64,000 nt of DNA, taken from positions 70,597-134,596 of the forward strand of contig CAYXSW010000001.1 in NCBI GenBank assembly GCA_964467915.1, read 5' to 3'. The notes under the pieces are model-generated. The model saw only the letters and a program-made list of their open reading frames with translations. It was not told the DNA's origin and did not search any database. Source of the DNA: an uncultured Marinoscillum sp. GTDB taxonomy: Bacteria > Bacteroidota > Bacteroidia > Cytophagales > MED-G16. The position numbers were made by a program, and so were the translations under genes. Numbering within the stretch: position 1 is the first letter of the stretch; every line of letters begins with the position of its first letter. Below are positions 1-8,189 of this stretch, one piece after another.

Positions 1-407
1 ATATTAATTATGGTAGCTTTTTTTCCGGATAACGTTATAATTTCCTTTTCAATAATAGAGGAAGATTTTGTTTTGTGTTTGCTAATTAGTTTATAAGACT
101 CATTCATTAGATTTTTCAGGTGATCAGAAGATGTGATTTTTTTATAGGTTATTAAAAGCTCAGCATTATATTTTAGATAGCTTAAGTTTAACCAACCATA
201 TTTAAGGTTTTCGCTGGTTTTTGTTAGGTTGTTTATTTCAAAAGAATACAAATTGTTATATTCTTTCATTTTGTATTGAGGAGGCGGAAGAAAAATTTGA
301 TTATAACCTTTTGGTTTTGGTTGGAAATTGTTTTCGCAAGCAACACACAGAAAGACAACTATAGTGAGACTAAGTTTTTTTATTATGTTTTTTATAAACC
401 CTAACAC
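1..407 (-). CDS. gldD: Gliding-motility lipoprotein GldD, N-terminal ~135 codons (3' end lies beyond the window edge; absent from the supplied ORF track)
   Basis: My own minus-strand translation from a GTG at 407 gives MLGFIKNIIKKLSLTIVVFLCVAC-ENNFQPKPKGYNQIFLPPPQYKMKEYNNLYSFEINN... This is a lipoprotein signal with a lipobox Cys, followed by the PKPKGY...P..Y pattern I associate with GldD. The frame is open to position 1. The gene lies directly downstream of gldE, as in Flavobacterium johnsoniae. The start codon is uncertain (no in-frame ATG). Confidence 0.55.
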   Translation of the reverse strand, partial: MLGFIKNIIKKLSLTIVVFLCVACENNFQPKPKGYNQIFLPPPQYKMKEYNNLYSFEINNLTKTSENLKYGWLNLSYLKYNAELLITYKKITSSDHLKNLMNESYKLISKHKTKSSSIIEKEIITLSGKKATIIN

Positions 408-1698
408 GTTTTATTCTTTTATTGTCAACAGACATTATTGTAAAAATAAATTTATGAAATTTTATTTTATCACCCTTGTTTGGAATCTTTGAGTTAATTT
501 CAAGTAACAACCCACCAAGAGACTCACTCTCACCTTTAATTTTATTGAAATAATTTTTATCCACCTTAGTTAGCTTACAAAAGTCATTTAAAGAAGTTTT
601 TCCTTCAAATAAATATGTGTTGTTGTCTATTTTCTTAAACAGAAAATTATCCTCAAAATCAAACTCATCTCTAATATCTCCAAGAATTTCTTCTATCACA
701 TCTTCTAAAGTTACAAGCCCAGAGACGCCACCATATTCATCAATAACAATAGCTAAATGCACTCTTTTTTCTTGAAAATCTTTAAATAAAACATCAATAT
801 TTTTACTTTCTGGAACAAAAAAGGCTGGCCTAATCTTTTTTCTCCAATCAAAAGAAACTTCTTTAAGGTGTGGGATTAGATCCTTAACATAAAGCACACC
901 TTCAACATTATCAATAGTTTCTTTGTACACAGGAATTCTAGAGAGTCCAGATTTGTTGATTAGTTTAGATATTTTTTGAAAAGAGTCTTTAAAATCTACA
1001 GCTACAATATCGACCCTAGACCTCATTATTTCTTTAGCTTTGATAGACCCAAAATTTATTATTCCCTCAAGAATATTTTTTTCTTCAGTTGAGGTCTCTT
1101 TATCAATAGTTAAGCTCATTGCCTTATTTAGCTCTTCTTTAGTGCTCTCAAGAAGAACTTTTTTTTTCGTTTTAAAAGAGCTTGAGATGGAAACTAAAAA
1201 TAAAACCAAAGGATTAAAAAGTGTGAATGAAACATTAATTATTGTAGCCGATATTTTTACAAAAAGAAATTTATTTTTGTTTGCATAAACTTTTGGGATA
1301 ATCTCCCCAAAAAAAACAATTACTAGAGTTGTTATCACAGTCAGCATTAAAAAAACAAATGCTGATTTACCAAACATACCCCAAGCGAAATAAGCTGATA
1401 AGGTTATGATTGCAACATTTATAAGGTTGTTTAATATTAAAATTGTAGCTAAGAGTTTTTCAGGCGTTTTAAGGAGCGAAATAACTTTATTTACAGAACC
1501 CTTGTGGTTTTTTTTCAGAGTTTTAATTTCTGAATTTGATAATGAAAAAAAAGCAACTTCTGATCCAGAGATTAGACCAGAAGAAACAAGGAGGGTAATT
1601 AAAATAAAAGCTTGGAATAATATTGTTATTATATTAGACCCAATTAAAGCACTAGATATATAAACAAAGAGTTCGGGTTCGGGTAAATCTATTTCCAA
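370..1698 (-). CDS. gldE: CNNM/HlyC-CorC family membrane protein (DUF21 TM domain + tandem CBS + CorC_HlyC C-terminal domain); GldE-type
   Basis: 442 aa with N-terminal TM helices, a CBS-pair region (IMRSRVDIVAV...GLSRIPVY...) and a CorC/HlyC-type tail. It sits in ssb-gldE-gldD order, as described for F. johnsoniae. Confidence 0.75.
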   Translation of the reverse strand: MEIDLPEPELFVYISSALIGSNIITILFQAFILITLLVSSGLISGSEVAFFSLSNSEIKTLKKNHKGSVNKVISLLKTPEKLLATILILNNLINVAIITLSAYFAWGMFGKSAFVFLMLTVITTLVIVFFGEIIPKVYANKNKFLFVKISATIINVSFTLFNPLVLFLVSISSSFKTKKKVLLESTKEELNKAMSLTIDKETSTEEKNILEGIINFGSIKAKEIMRSRVDIVAVDFKDSFQKISKLINKSGLSRIPVYKETIDNVEGVLYVKDLIPHLKEVSFDWRKKIRPAFFVPESKNIDVLFKDFQEKRVHLAIVIDEYGGVSGLVTLEDVIEEILGDIRDEFDFEDNFLFKKIDNNTYLFEGKTSLNDFCKLTKVDKNYFNKIKGESESLGGLLLEINSKIPNKGDKIKFHKFIFTIMSVDNKRIKRVRVYKKHNKKT

Positions 1699-1707
1699 CT
1701 TTTGTAT

Positions 1708-2121
1708 TTAAAACGGCAAATCATCTTCTTGAACACTTTCTTTTGTTTCTTGATTTGGAGGAGGGGGTGGTTGGTTGCCGCTAGACTCTGGCGCTCTTCC
1801 CAATAACCTTAAATCTCTACCAACAACTTCAGAAACATACTTTTTAACCCCATCTTTATCTTCGTATGAACGATTTGAAATTTTTCCCTCGATATAAACC
1901 TGACTTCCTTTTTTTAAATAATTTTCAGCAATTTCAGCAAGCGGAGACCACAGCACCACATTATGCCACTCTGTGTTAGTGACCTTTTCGCCGGCTTTGT
2001 TTTTATAAGTTTCACTCGTTGCTATGGAAAAATTTGCAACAGCTCGACCATCATCTAATTTTCTTAATTCAGGGTCTTTCCCTAGATTTCCAAGTAAGAT
2101 AGCTTTATTAACTCCAGACAT
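1708..2121 (-). CDS. ssb: Single-stranded DNA-binding protein
   Basis: OB-fold N-terminus (MSGVNKAILLGNLGKDPELR...TEWHNVVLW), a Pro/Gln-rich linker and the canonical acidic tail ending DDLPF. Confidence 0.95.
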   Translation of the reverse strand: MSGVNKAILLGNLGKDPELRKLDDGRAVANFSIATSETYKNKAGEKVTNTEWHNVVLWSPLAEIAENYLKKGSQVYIEGKISNRSYEDKDGVKKYVSEVVGRDLRLLGRAPESSGNQPPPPPNQETKESVQEDDLPF

Positions 2122-2138
2122 ATACTTGAAATTACAAA

Positions 2139-3197
2139 TTAAGATGCGGATTTCAAATAGTTATCAATAACTTTTGGAAATGCGTAGTTAATTAAGTCAC
2201 TTTTTTTAATTAAAATCATATCCAAGGCTTTTTTTAGTTGTTCTAGATTACGATTATTATTAATCTCTAATTTGTAAAAATTAACCTTTATAGTTTGGTG
2301 GCTTAATTTTGTTGTGCTCTCAGACACAAGTTTAATTTTGTCTTTTTGACACACTTTCAAAGTTTTGTAATCAAAGAAATTACCTTGACCCTCAACTAAA
2401 TAAAACTCATTCAAGTTTTCCCATATATCTTTTTTTGTTCTCTTATTAATTAAAATTTGATTCCTGTTTTCTATTATTAAATAATTAAAACACCTTTTTT
2501 TAAGCCTTTTTTTCCTTTCTTTTATTGGGTACATGTTTATTTTGTTTTTCACTTTTGCATAACAGTTTTCTTTAAACACACAACTTTGACAGAGGGGTTT
2601 TTTTGGTAAACAAACTGACCCACCAAAATCCATTATTGACTCGTTATATTCTCCAAAGTCTTTAATTTTATATGAAATTTTTTTATTAAATTTTAAAAAA
2701 CAATTATAAGAAGACACCTTAGAGATATCTTTTTTTATTCCAAAACATCTAGACAAAACCCGAAAAACATTTGCGTCAACGACAAGTTTTTTTTCATTAT
2801 AACAAATTGATGATATTGCAGAGGCTGTATATTTTCCAATCCCAGGCAAACGAATAAGATCATCATAATTTTTAGGAAACTCCCCGTTGTGTTTATTTAT
2901 GATAATTTTCGCAGCCTTATGAAGGTTTTTGGCTCTATTATAATAACCCAAACCCTGCCATAGTGTGTAAATTTTTTTTTGAGAAGCTTTAGCTAAAGAA
3001 TTAATCTCTGGAAAAACAGTTATAAATTTTTTATAATACTTTAAACCAGTTTCCATCTTGGTTTGTTGTAAAATAATTTCGGATAACCACACACGATAAG
3101 GATCTTTACTTTCTCTAAAAGGAAGCATTCTTTTGTTTTTTTTGTACCAGAAGACAAGTGTTTTAGCAAAACTTGTTTTAAAGGTGTCTTTGTTCAT
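2139..3197 (-). CDS. mutY: A/G-specific adenine DNA glycosylase MutY
   Basis: HhH-GPD core (WLSEIILQQT, LPGIGKYTASAI, VDANVFRVLSR), an intact 4Fe-4S loop (CLPKKPLCQSCVFKENC) and a C-terminal NUDIX-like domain. Confidence 0.9.
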   Translation of the reverse strand: MNKDTFKTSFAKTLVFWYKKNKRMLPFRESKDPYRVWLSEIILQQTKMETGLKYYKKFITVFPEINSLAKASQKKIYTLWQGLGYYNRAKNLHKAAKIIINKHNGEFPKNYDDLIRLPGIGKYTASAISSICYNEKKLVVDANVFRVLSRCFGIKKDISKVSSYNCFLKFNKKISYKIKDFGEYNESIMDFGGSVCLPKKPLCQSCVFKENCYAKVKNKINMYPIKERKKRLKKRCFNYLIIENRNQILINKRTKKDIWENLNEFYLVEGQGNFFDYKTLKVCQKDKIKLVSESTTKLSHQTIKVNFYKLEINNNRNLEQLKKALDMILIKKSDLINYAFPKVIDNYLKSAS

Positions 3198-3251
3198 AAT
3201 TAAGATTAAACTAATTTTAACCTAAACTCTAAACAATTAAAATAACAAATA

Positions 3252-3548
3252 GTGAGAAAACTAGAAATAATAAATAAAGTTTCATCCCAAACGGGTATAG
3301 ACAAATCAGATGTGCAAGAAACAATAGAGGCAACGATGATAACAATTAAAGAGGCCCTTAAAAATGGAGAAAGTGTTTATATAAGGGGTTTTGGTTCTTT
3401 TACAAACAAAAAAAGAGCAAGAAAAATAGCAAGAAACATATCTACCAATACGGCAATAATATTAGAAGCACATTATGTGCCACATTTTAAGCCATCTAAA
3501 TTGTTTGTGGACCTAATAAAAGAAAACAACAAAATTGTTGAACAATGA
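3252..3548 (+). CDS. HU/IHF-family DNA-binding protein (GTG start)
   Basis: 98 aa. The pattern KVSSQTGIDKSDVQETIEATMITIKEAL...IRGFGSF...R.ARNI.T is typical of the bacterial histone-like fold. Confidence 0.85.
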   Translation: MRKLEIINKVSSQTGIDKSDVQETIEATMITIKEALKNGESVYIRGFGSFTNKKRARKIARNISTNTAIILEAHYVPHFKPSKLFVDLIKENNKIVEQ

Positions 3549-4003
3549 AATCTCAAAAAATTCAAGTTATAATAGTTTTATTTTCTTTGGCCGCTATTTT
3601 TCTTTTGTATCAACTCCCAACCTCTGTCATTAAAACAAAAAAAAATCAAGGAGAAATTCAAAGTGCCGTTTCTGTAGAACAAGCCCTAGAATTACTTGAG
3701 GGCGAAAACCCAATGGAGGGAGTTTTTATGTTTAGGGAGATACTTGAAAACGATCCACAAAACACAGAAGCTTTATATTATTTAGGTGTTTTGTCAGTTC
3801 AAACAGGCCAATACGAAAATGCCATAGAAAGATTTAATCAACTAATAGCTATTGATTCATCAGATAAAAAGGCATATTTGCAGTTGGGAATTAGCAACTA
3901 CCAACTTGGCTATACTAAAAAAGCAGATTCATTATTTAGTATAGTAAAAGAAACAAAGGACAAGTTGTTAATCAAAGAATTAAATGTTTTTTTAACTAAT
4001 TAA
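3545..4003 (+). CDS. Membrane-anchored tetratricopeptide-repeat protein
   Basis: One N-terminal TM helix followed by TPR-like repeats (EALYYLGVLSVQTGQYENAIERFNQLIAID...AYLQLGISNYQLG). Its ATGA overlaps the HU gene stop. Confidence 0.6.
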   Translation: MKSQKIQVIIVLFSLAAIFLLYQLPTSVIKTKKNQGEIQSAVSVEQALELLEGENPMEGVFMFREILENDPQNTEALYYLGVLSVQTGQYENAIERFNQLIAIDSSDKKAYLQLGISNYQLGYTKKADSLFSIVKETKDKLLIKELNVFLTN

Positions 4004-4016
4004 AGATATTGAAATT

Positions 4017-4106
4017 ATGCCGAGCGGAAAAAAAAGAAAAAGACATAAGATATCGACACATAAAAGAAAAAAAAGATTAAGAAAAAATAGACATAAAAAG
4101 AAATAA
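4017..4106 (+). CDS. 29-aa Arg/Lys-rich micro-protein, bS22 / AURKAIP1-COX24-like small ribosomal protein candidate (below the ORF-track size cut-off)
   Basis: Hand translation gives MPSGKKRKRHKISTHKRKKRLRKNRHKKK followed by a stop. It fills the only gap between the TPR gene and rng. The sequence type matches the small basic peptides annotated in Bacteroidota as AURKAIP1/COX24-domain (bS22-like) proteins. Confidence 0.6.
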   Translation: MPSGKKRKRHKISTHKRKKRLRKNRHKKK

Positions 4107-4117
4107 ACCATAATACT

Positions 4118-5647
4118 ATGAGTAGCGAGCTAATAATTAATTCATCTCGCGACAAAAGTAGAATTGGGCTTCTTAAGGATAAAAAGCTTGTTGAGTTTCA
4201 TCAGGAAAGTGACGAAACGAAATTTAATGTAGGTGATATTTATGTAGGAAAAGTAAAAAAGATCAATAAAAGCTTAAACGCAGCTTTTATTGATATAGGT
4301 TTTGAAAAAGACGCTTTCCTACATTACCTTGACTTAGGACCCCAGTTTTTGTCGCTTAAATCATTTGTAAAAAAAGTAAGATCAAAGGGTAAACCTTCAG
4401 GTTATGACTCATTTAAAAGGCTTGAGGATATAAACAAGTTTGGTAAAATAAACGAAGTCCTTAAAAAAGGAGACGAACTATTAATTCAAATTGTTAAGGA
4501 ACCAATTTCAACCAAAGGGCCAAGGGTAACAACAGAACTTTCTCTAGCTGGAAGGTATTTGATTTTAGTATCATTCTCCGAGGCAATTAATGTTTCTAAA
4601 AAAATAACAAATAGAGAAGAAAGGATACGTCAGATAAATTTAATTAAATCTATCAGGCCAAAAAACTTTGGTGTTATTGTTAGGACCGTAGCGGAGCAAA
4701 AGTCTGTATCAGAGTTAGATAAAGACCTTAAATCATTAACCTCTTTGTGGAAAGAGGGGTTAAAAAACATCAAAAAAGCTAAAGTAGGAGAAAAGGTAAT
4801 AGGGGAAGGAAACAAAGCCACTTCACTACTTCGAGATATTTTAAACTCTTCATTTGATAATATTATTATTGATGATAAAAAATTGTTTGAAGAGATAAAG
4901 GGGTATGTAAAAAAGTTTGAGCCAAAAAAAGAGAAAATTGTTAAATTTTACTCTTCTCCAGCACCAATTTTTGAAGTTTATGGTATTGAAAAACAACTTC
5001 AAGATTTGTTTGGGGAAACCGTGCCAATGTCTAACGGGGGGTATGTTATAATTCAACATACAGAGGCCTTACACGCTATAGATGTAAATAGCGGAAAAAC
5101 AAGTAAAGTATCAAATCAAGAAGAGGCAGCATTAAAAGTGAATCTAGATGCGGCCGAAACTATTGCGAGGCAATTACGACTTAGAGATATTGGGGGTATA
5201 ATTGTCATAGACTTCATTGACCTAAAAAAGACAATGAATAAGCGTAAGCTTTTTGATGCCATGAAGAGAGCGATGAGTGATGATAGGTCTAAGCACACGA
5301 TATTACCTTTATCAAAGTTTTGTTTAATGCAAATAACAAGACAGCGGGTTAGGCAAGAGTTAAAAATGACTAAAGAAGACGCTGATTTAGATCAAGAAGG
5401 GACTGAGGCGGCGGATAAAATTGAACAAAAAATAGAGCACCTTTTTGTGAAACAAAATGAAAAAAATCTCACTCTAGTTGTACATCCTTACCTTTATTCA
5501 TACTTTACAATTGGCGTGCTATCAAGACAGTATAAATGGTTCATCAAACACAGGAGGTGGGTTAAAATAGAAAAAGATAATAACATAGGGGTTAAAGATT
5601 ATGTGTTCTTAGACACAAACAGACAAATCATTCAAACTAAAAAGTGA
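4118..5647 (+). CDS. rng: Rne/Rng-family ribonuclease (RNase G-like)
   Basis: 509 aa. N-terminal S1 domain (GDIYVGKVKKINKSLNAAFIDIG) and a catalytic core with ALHAIDVNSGK and GGIIVIDFID motifs. Confidence 0.9.
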   Translation: MSSELIINSSRDKSRIGLLKDKKLVEFHQESDETKFNVGDIYVGKVKKINKSLNAAFIDIGFEKDAFLHYLDLGPQFLSLKSFVKKVRSKGKPSGYDSFKRLEDINKFGKINEVLKKGDELLIQIVKEPISTKGPRVTTELSLAGRYLILVSFSEAINVSKKITNREERIRQINLIKSIRPKNFGVIVRTVAEQKSVSELDKDLKSLTSLWKEGLKNIKKAKVGEKVIGEGNKATSLLRDILNSSFDNIIIDDKKLFEEIKGYVKKFEPKKEKIVKFYSSPAPIFEVYGIEKQLQDLFGETVPMSNGGYVIIQHTEALHAIDVNSGKTSKVSNQEEAALKVNLDAAETIARQLRLRDIGGIIVIDFIDLKKTMNKRKLFDAMKRAMSDDRSKHTILPLSKFCLMQITRQRVRQELKMTKEDADLDQEGTEAADKIEQKIEHLFVKQNEKNLTLVVHPYLYSYFTIGVLSRQYKWFIKHRRWVKIEKDNNIGVKDYVFLDTNRQIIQTKK

Positions 5648-6621
5648 AACCTTTTATATTTTTTTTTACACTTGTTCTTGTGTCTTGTAACACGAACAGA
5701 TGCCCAAAAACAAATAACCAAGAGTCCTTAAAGCACATTCAAATCAACTATTTAATAGATAAAATAGGTGGTTTAGAATCTAGAAACGATTTTTTAATTT
5801 ATTTAGAAAAAAACAAAGAGGTTTTATATCCATTTTATGAAATAAATGACACAATAAACATAGAATATAAAATAAATAACATTTATTCATTACTAAATAA
5901 TATATTTTTTGATAGTCTCTATATAGATGTTTATGATGAGTTTGGAGCTAAAAAAAACTTCTTCTCTAGTTTAGATTATTCAATAGGACTTTATAATTCA
6001 ACTAATAAAAATCAACTTAATCCTAAGTTGACAGTTTTATTATCTGGTTTTTATAACGACGTTGTTGTAGATAAAGAAAATATAATTTTAGGAGCAGAAT
6101 ACTTTCTTAAAAAAGACAATAAGTATAAGCCAAGAGACCTACCTTCTTATATTTTGGATAGATATACCCCAGAACACATAAATTCAACTATACTTTCAAC
6201 GTATCTATCCCAATTTAATATTGTAGATGAATCAGATAAAACTATGCTAAATGAAATGATATCTTTTGGCAAATTGTATTATGTTGTTGAAAAACTATTA
6301 GTCTGTGAAAATCAAAATATTATATTAGGCTACTCTAAAGAACAGTTTGAAATGATTGAAGAGAATGAGGCTTTTATTTATAGTTTTTTCCTTCAGAACG
6401 AGTTGTTTTTTCAAGAGGGAAATTTAATTAAACAAAAGTATTTATCTGAGAGACCAAGCACCTTTGAAATATCACAGTCAGTTCCTGGAAGAGTTGGTCG
6501 GTGGATGGGGTGGAAAATAGTATCTTCTTTTATGGAAAACAACAAATACACCTTAGAAGACCTTTTAAATGAATATGATTATAAAAAAATTTTTTATAAT
6601 TCTAATTATAAACCCTTGTAA
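5644..6621 (+). CDS. gldB: Gliding-motility lipoprotein GldB
   Basis: Lipoprotein signal (FTLVLVSC). The C-terminal region ...SERPSTFEISQSVPGRVGRWMGWKIVSSFMENN...YKPL closely resembles the GldB C-terminus as I recall it (SPGRVG.WIGWQIV.SYMENN). GTG start overlapping the rng stop. Confidence 0.7.
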   Translation: MKPFIFFFTLVLVSCNTNRCPKTNNQESLKHIQINYLIDKIGGLESRNDFLIYLEKNKEVLYPFYEINDTINIEYKINNIYSLLNNIFFDSLYIDVYDEFGAKKNFFSSLDYSIGLYNSTNKNQLNPKLTVLLSGFYNDVVVDKENIILGAEYFLKKDNKYKPRDLPSYILDRYTPEHINSTILSTYLSQFNIVDESDKTMLNEMISFGKLYYVVEKLLVCENQNIILGYSKEQFEMIEENEAFIYSFFLQNELFFQEGNLIKQKYLSERPSTFEISQSVPGRVGRWMGWKIVSSFMENNKYTLEDLLNEYDYKKIFYNSNYKPL

Positions 6622-6622
6622 G

Positions 6623-7273
6623 GTGAAAAAAAAAGAGAAGGTAAAATTTGTTATTAAAACCTTAGAAAGTCTCTACCCAAAAACAACTATTCCACTAAAC
6701 CATAAAGACCCATACACACTTTTGGTTGCGGTCTTACTTTCTGCGCAAAGCACTGATGCTGGTGTAAATAAAATAACACCAAAACTATTTAAAAAAGCAG
6801 ACACCCCCTACGAAATGGTTAAGCTTTCAATTTCTGAAATTAGAGAAATCATTAAGCCTGTAGGTTTGTCACCAATGAAAGCTAAAGGAATTTATGGTCT
6901 GTCTAAGATTTTAATAAATGAACACAAAGGCAAGGTTCCTTGTGATTTAGAATTCTTAGAATCTCTTCCTGCCGTTGGGCACAAAACAGCTAGCGTGGTC
7001 ATGTCTCAAGCTTTTGGTGAGCCTATGTTTCCTGTAGACACTCACATTCACAGGTTAATGTACAGGTGGGGCCTCTCATCAGGAAAAAATGTAGTAAAAA
7101 CAGAGCACGACGCAAAAAGACTATTTCCTAAAAAACTATGGAACAAACTACACCTACAAATAATTTATTACGGACGAGAAAGATCTCCCGCAAGAGGGTG
7201 GAACATTAAAAACGATCCTATTTCTTTAAAAATTGGAAGAAAGGCAGTAATCACTAAATTAGCTCGAAATTAA
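6623..7273 (+). CDS. nth: Endonuclease III family DNA glycosylase/AP lyase lacking the Fe-S cluster cysteines
   Basis: HhH-GPD core: LLVAVLLSAQSTD, LPAVGHKTASVV (catalytic Lys) and VDTHIHR (Asp). I place the start at the in-frame GTG at 6623, right after the gldB stop, rather than at the track's 6569, which would overlap gldB by 53 nt. The C-terminus contains no Cys. Confidence 0.85.
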   Translation: MKKKEKVKFVIKTLESLYPKTTIPLNHKDPYTLLVAVLLSAQSTDAGVNKITPKLFKKADTPYEMVKLSISEIREIIKPVGLSPMKAKGIYGLSKILINEHKGKVPCDLEFLESLPAVGHKTASVVMSQAFGEPMFPVDTHIHRLMYRWGLSSGKNVVKTEHDAKRLFPKKLWNKLHLQIIYYGRERSPARGWNIKNDPISLKIGRKAVITKLARN

Positions 7274-7515
7274 ACAAAATATTTGCTCGTTTTATCTTTT
7301 GCAAAGTAAGCTTTTATTTTATTTATTATTCTTTCAGAAGGCTCCAAACAAAAAGTATCTAAATGATTTTTTATTTCATCTAATGATTCAATTTTATCTT
7401 TTGTTTTGTGATTTAAAAGAGATTGAATTGTGATTTTATGTTTATTATGTTCTTCTAATTCGTTGTAGATATATTTTATTATATCAAGATTAGTAGAGGT
7501 TTTACTCATAGGCAA
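7270..7515 (-). CDS. Hypothetical 81-aa soluble protein translationally coupled to the upstream sigma factor
   Basis: The ORF overlaps the sigma-factor gene end by 14 nt. No TM segment and no recognisable motif. Confidence 0.4.
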   Translation of the reverse strand: MPMSKTSTNLDIIKYIYNELEEHNKHKITIQSLLNHKTKDKIESLDEIKNHLDTFCLEPSERIINKIKAYFAKDKTSKYFV

Positions 7516-8083
7516 CTTGTTTTGGTTTAATTTTTTTTCTTAATGCTATCAAAGCATATCTCATCCTTCCTAATGCTGTATTAATACTAACGCCTGTTGC
7601 TTCTGCAATCTCTTGAAAGCTCATGTCCATATAGTGCCTCATAACTAACACCTCTCTTTGTTTGTCAGGTAAGTCCTTTATAATTTTTTTTAAATAAAGT
7701 TTGGTTTCTTTTGATAAATTTTCAGATTCAGTAAAATCTTCAGAAAACCTTAAACAGTTAAACACGTCTGAGCCATCAGCCAAGGTAATTTTAGGATATC
7801 TTTTGTTTTTTCTAAAATGATCTATAGCTTGATTGTGAGCAACCCTTAGGATCCATGGCAAAAACTTACCCTGCTCGTTATATTTTTTTTGCTTAAAGAC
7901 ATTCAGTGTTTTAATAAAGACATCTTGCAAAATATCTTCTGCTATATATTTGTCTTTTACAATTAAATAAATTGTTGTGAATATTCTGGACTTATGTCTG
8001 TCAATTAGTGTAGACATTGCCTCTTCGTTACCTTGAGTGTAAAGTGATATTAAACAACTATCACTTAATTCCGTTTTTAACAT
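7502..8083 (-). CDS. RNA polymerase sigma-70 family (ECF-type) sigma factor
   Basis: Region 2 (DILQDVFIKT...FLPWILRVAHNQAIDHFRK) and region 4 HTH (LPDKQREVLVMRHYMDMSFQEIAEATGVSINTALGRMRYAL). Confidence 0.85.
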   Translation of the reverse strand: MLKTELSDSCLISLYTQGNEEAMSTLIDRHKSRIFTTIYLIVKDKYIAEDILQDVFIKTLNVFKQKKYNEQGKFLPWILRVAHNQAIDHFRKNKRYPKITLADGSDVFNCLRFSEDFTESENLSKETKLYLKKIIKDLPDKQREVLVMRHYMDMSFQEIAEATGVSINTALGRMRYALIALRKKIKPKQVAYE

Positions 8084-8189
8084 AATAAGTTATTATAATT
8101 TAGTAACGTAGAGGTCTATACCATATTGTGTTGTTTTGTTAAGAATATTTTAACTAATATAAAGATTGATTTTATAAATTCAAAAAAAC

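Noticed and set aside
4020-4110. A-rich, purine-only stretch that looks like a low-complexity repeat or a slippery poly-A tract. Similar A-runs occur at 6625-6633 and elsewhere.
   Set aside because: At 4017-4106 the tract is better explained as a Lys/Arg-rich micro-ORF, reported as a feature. The other A-runs are ordinary Lys codon runs in an AT-rich genome, with no alternative frame that would be rescued by slippage.
6569-6622. N-terminal extensions in the ORF track create large same-strand or divergent overlaps: nth from 6569, DUF1684 from 24704, dusB to 28570, GAF to 32754, prmC from 33702, pheS to 46323, and purH from 52706. These could be read as gene fusions or programmed overlaps.
   Set aside because: In each case an in-frame start further downstream gives a sensible N-terminus (lipoprotein signal or conserved family start) and removes the overlap. 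Several are additionally supported by a TAnnTTTG box just upstream of the shorter start.
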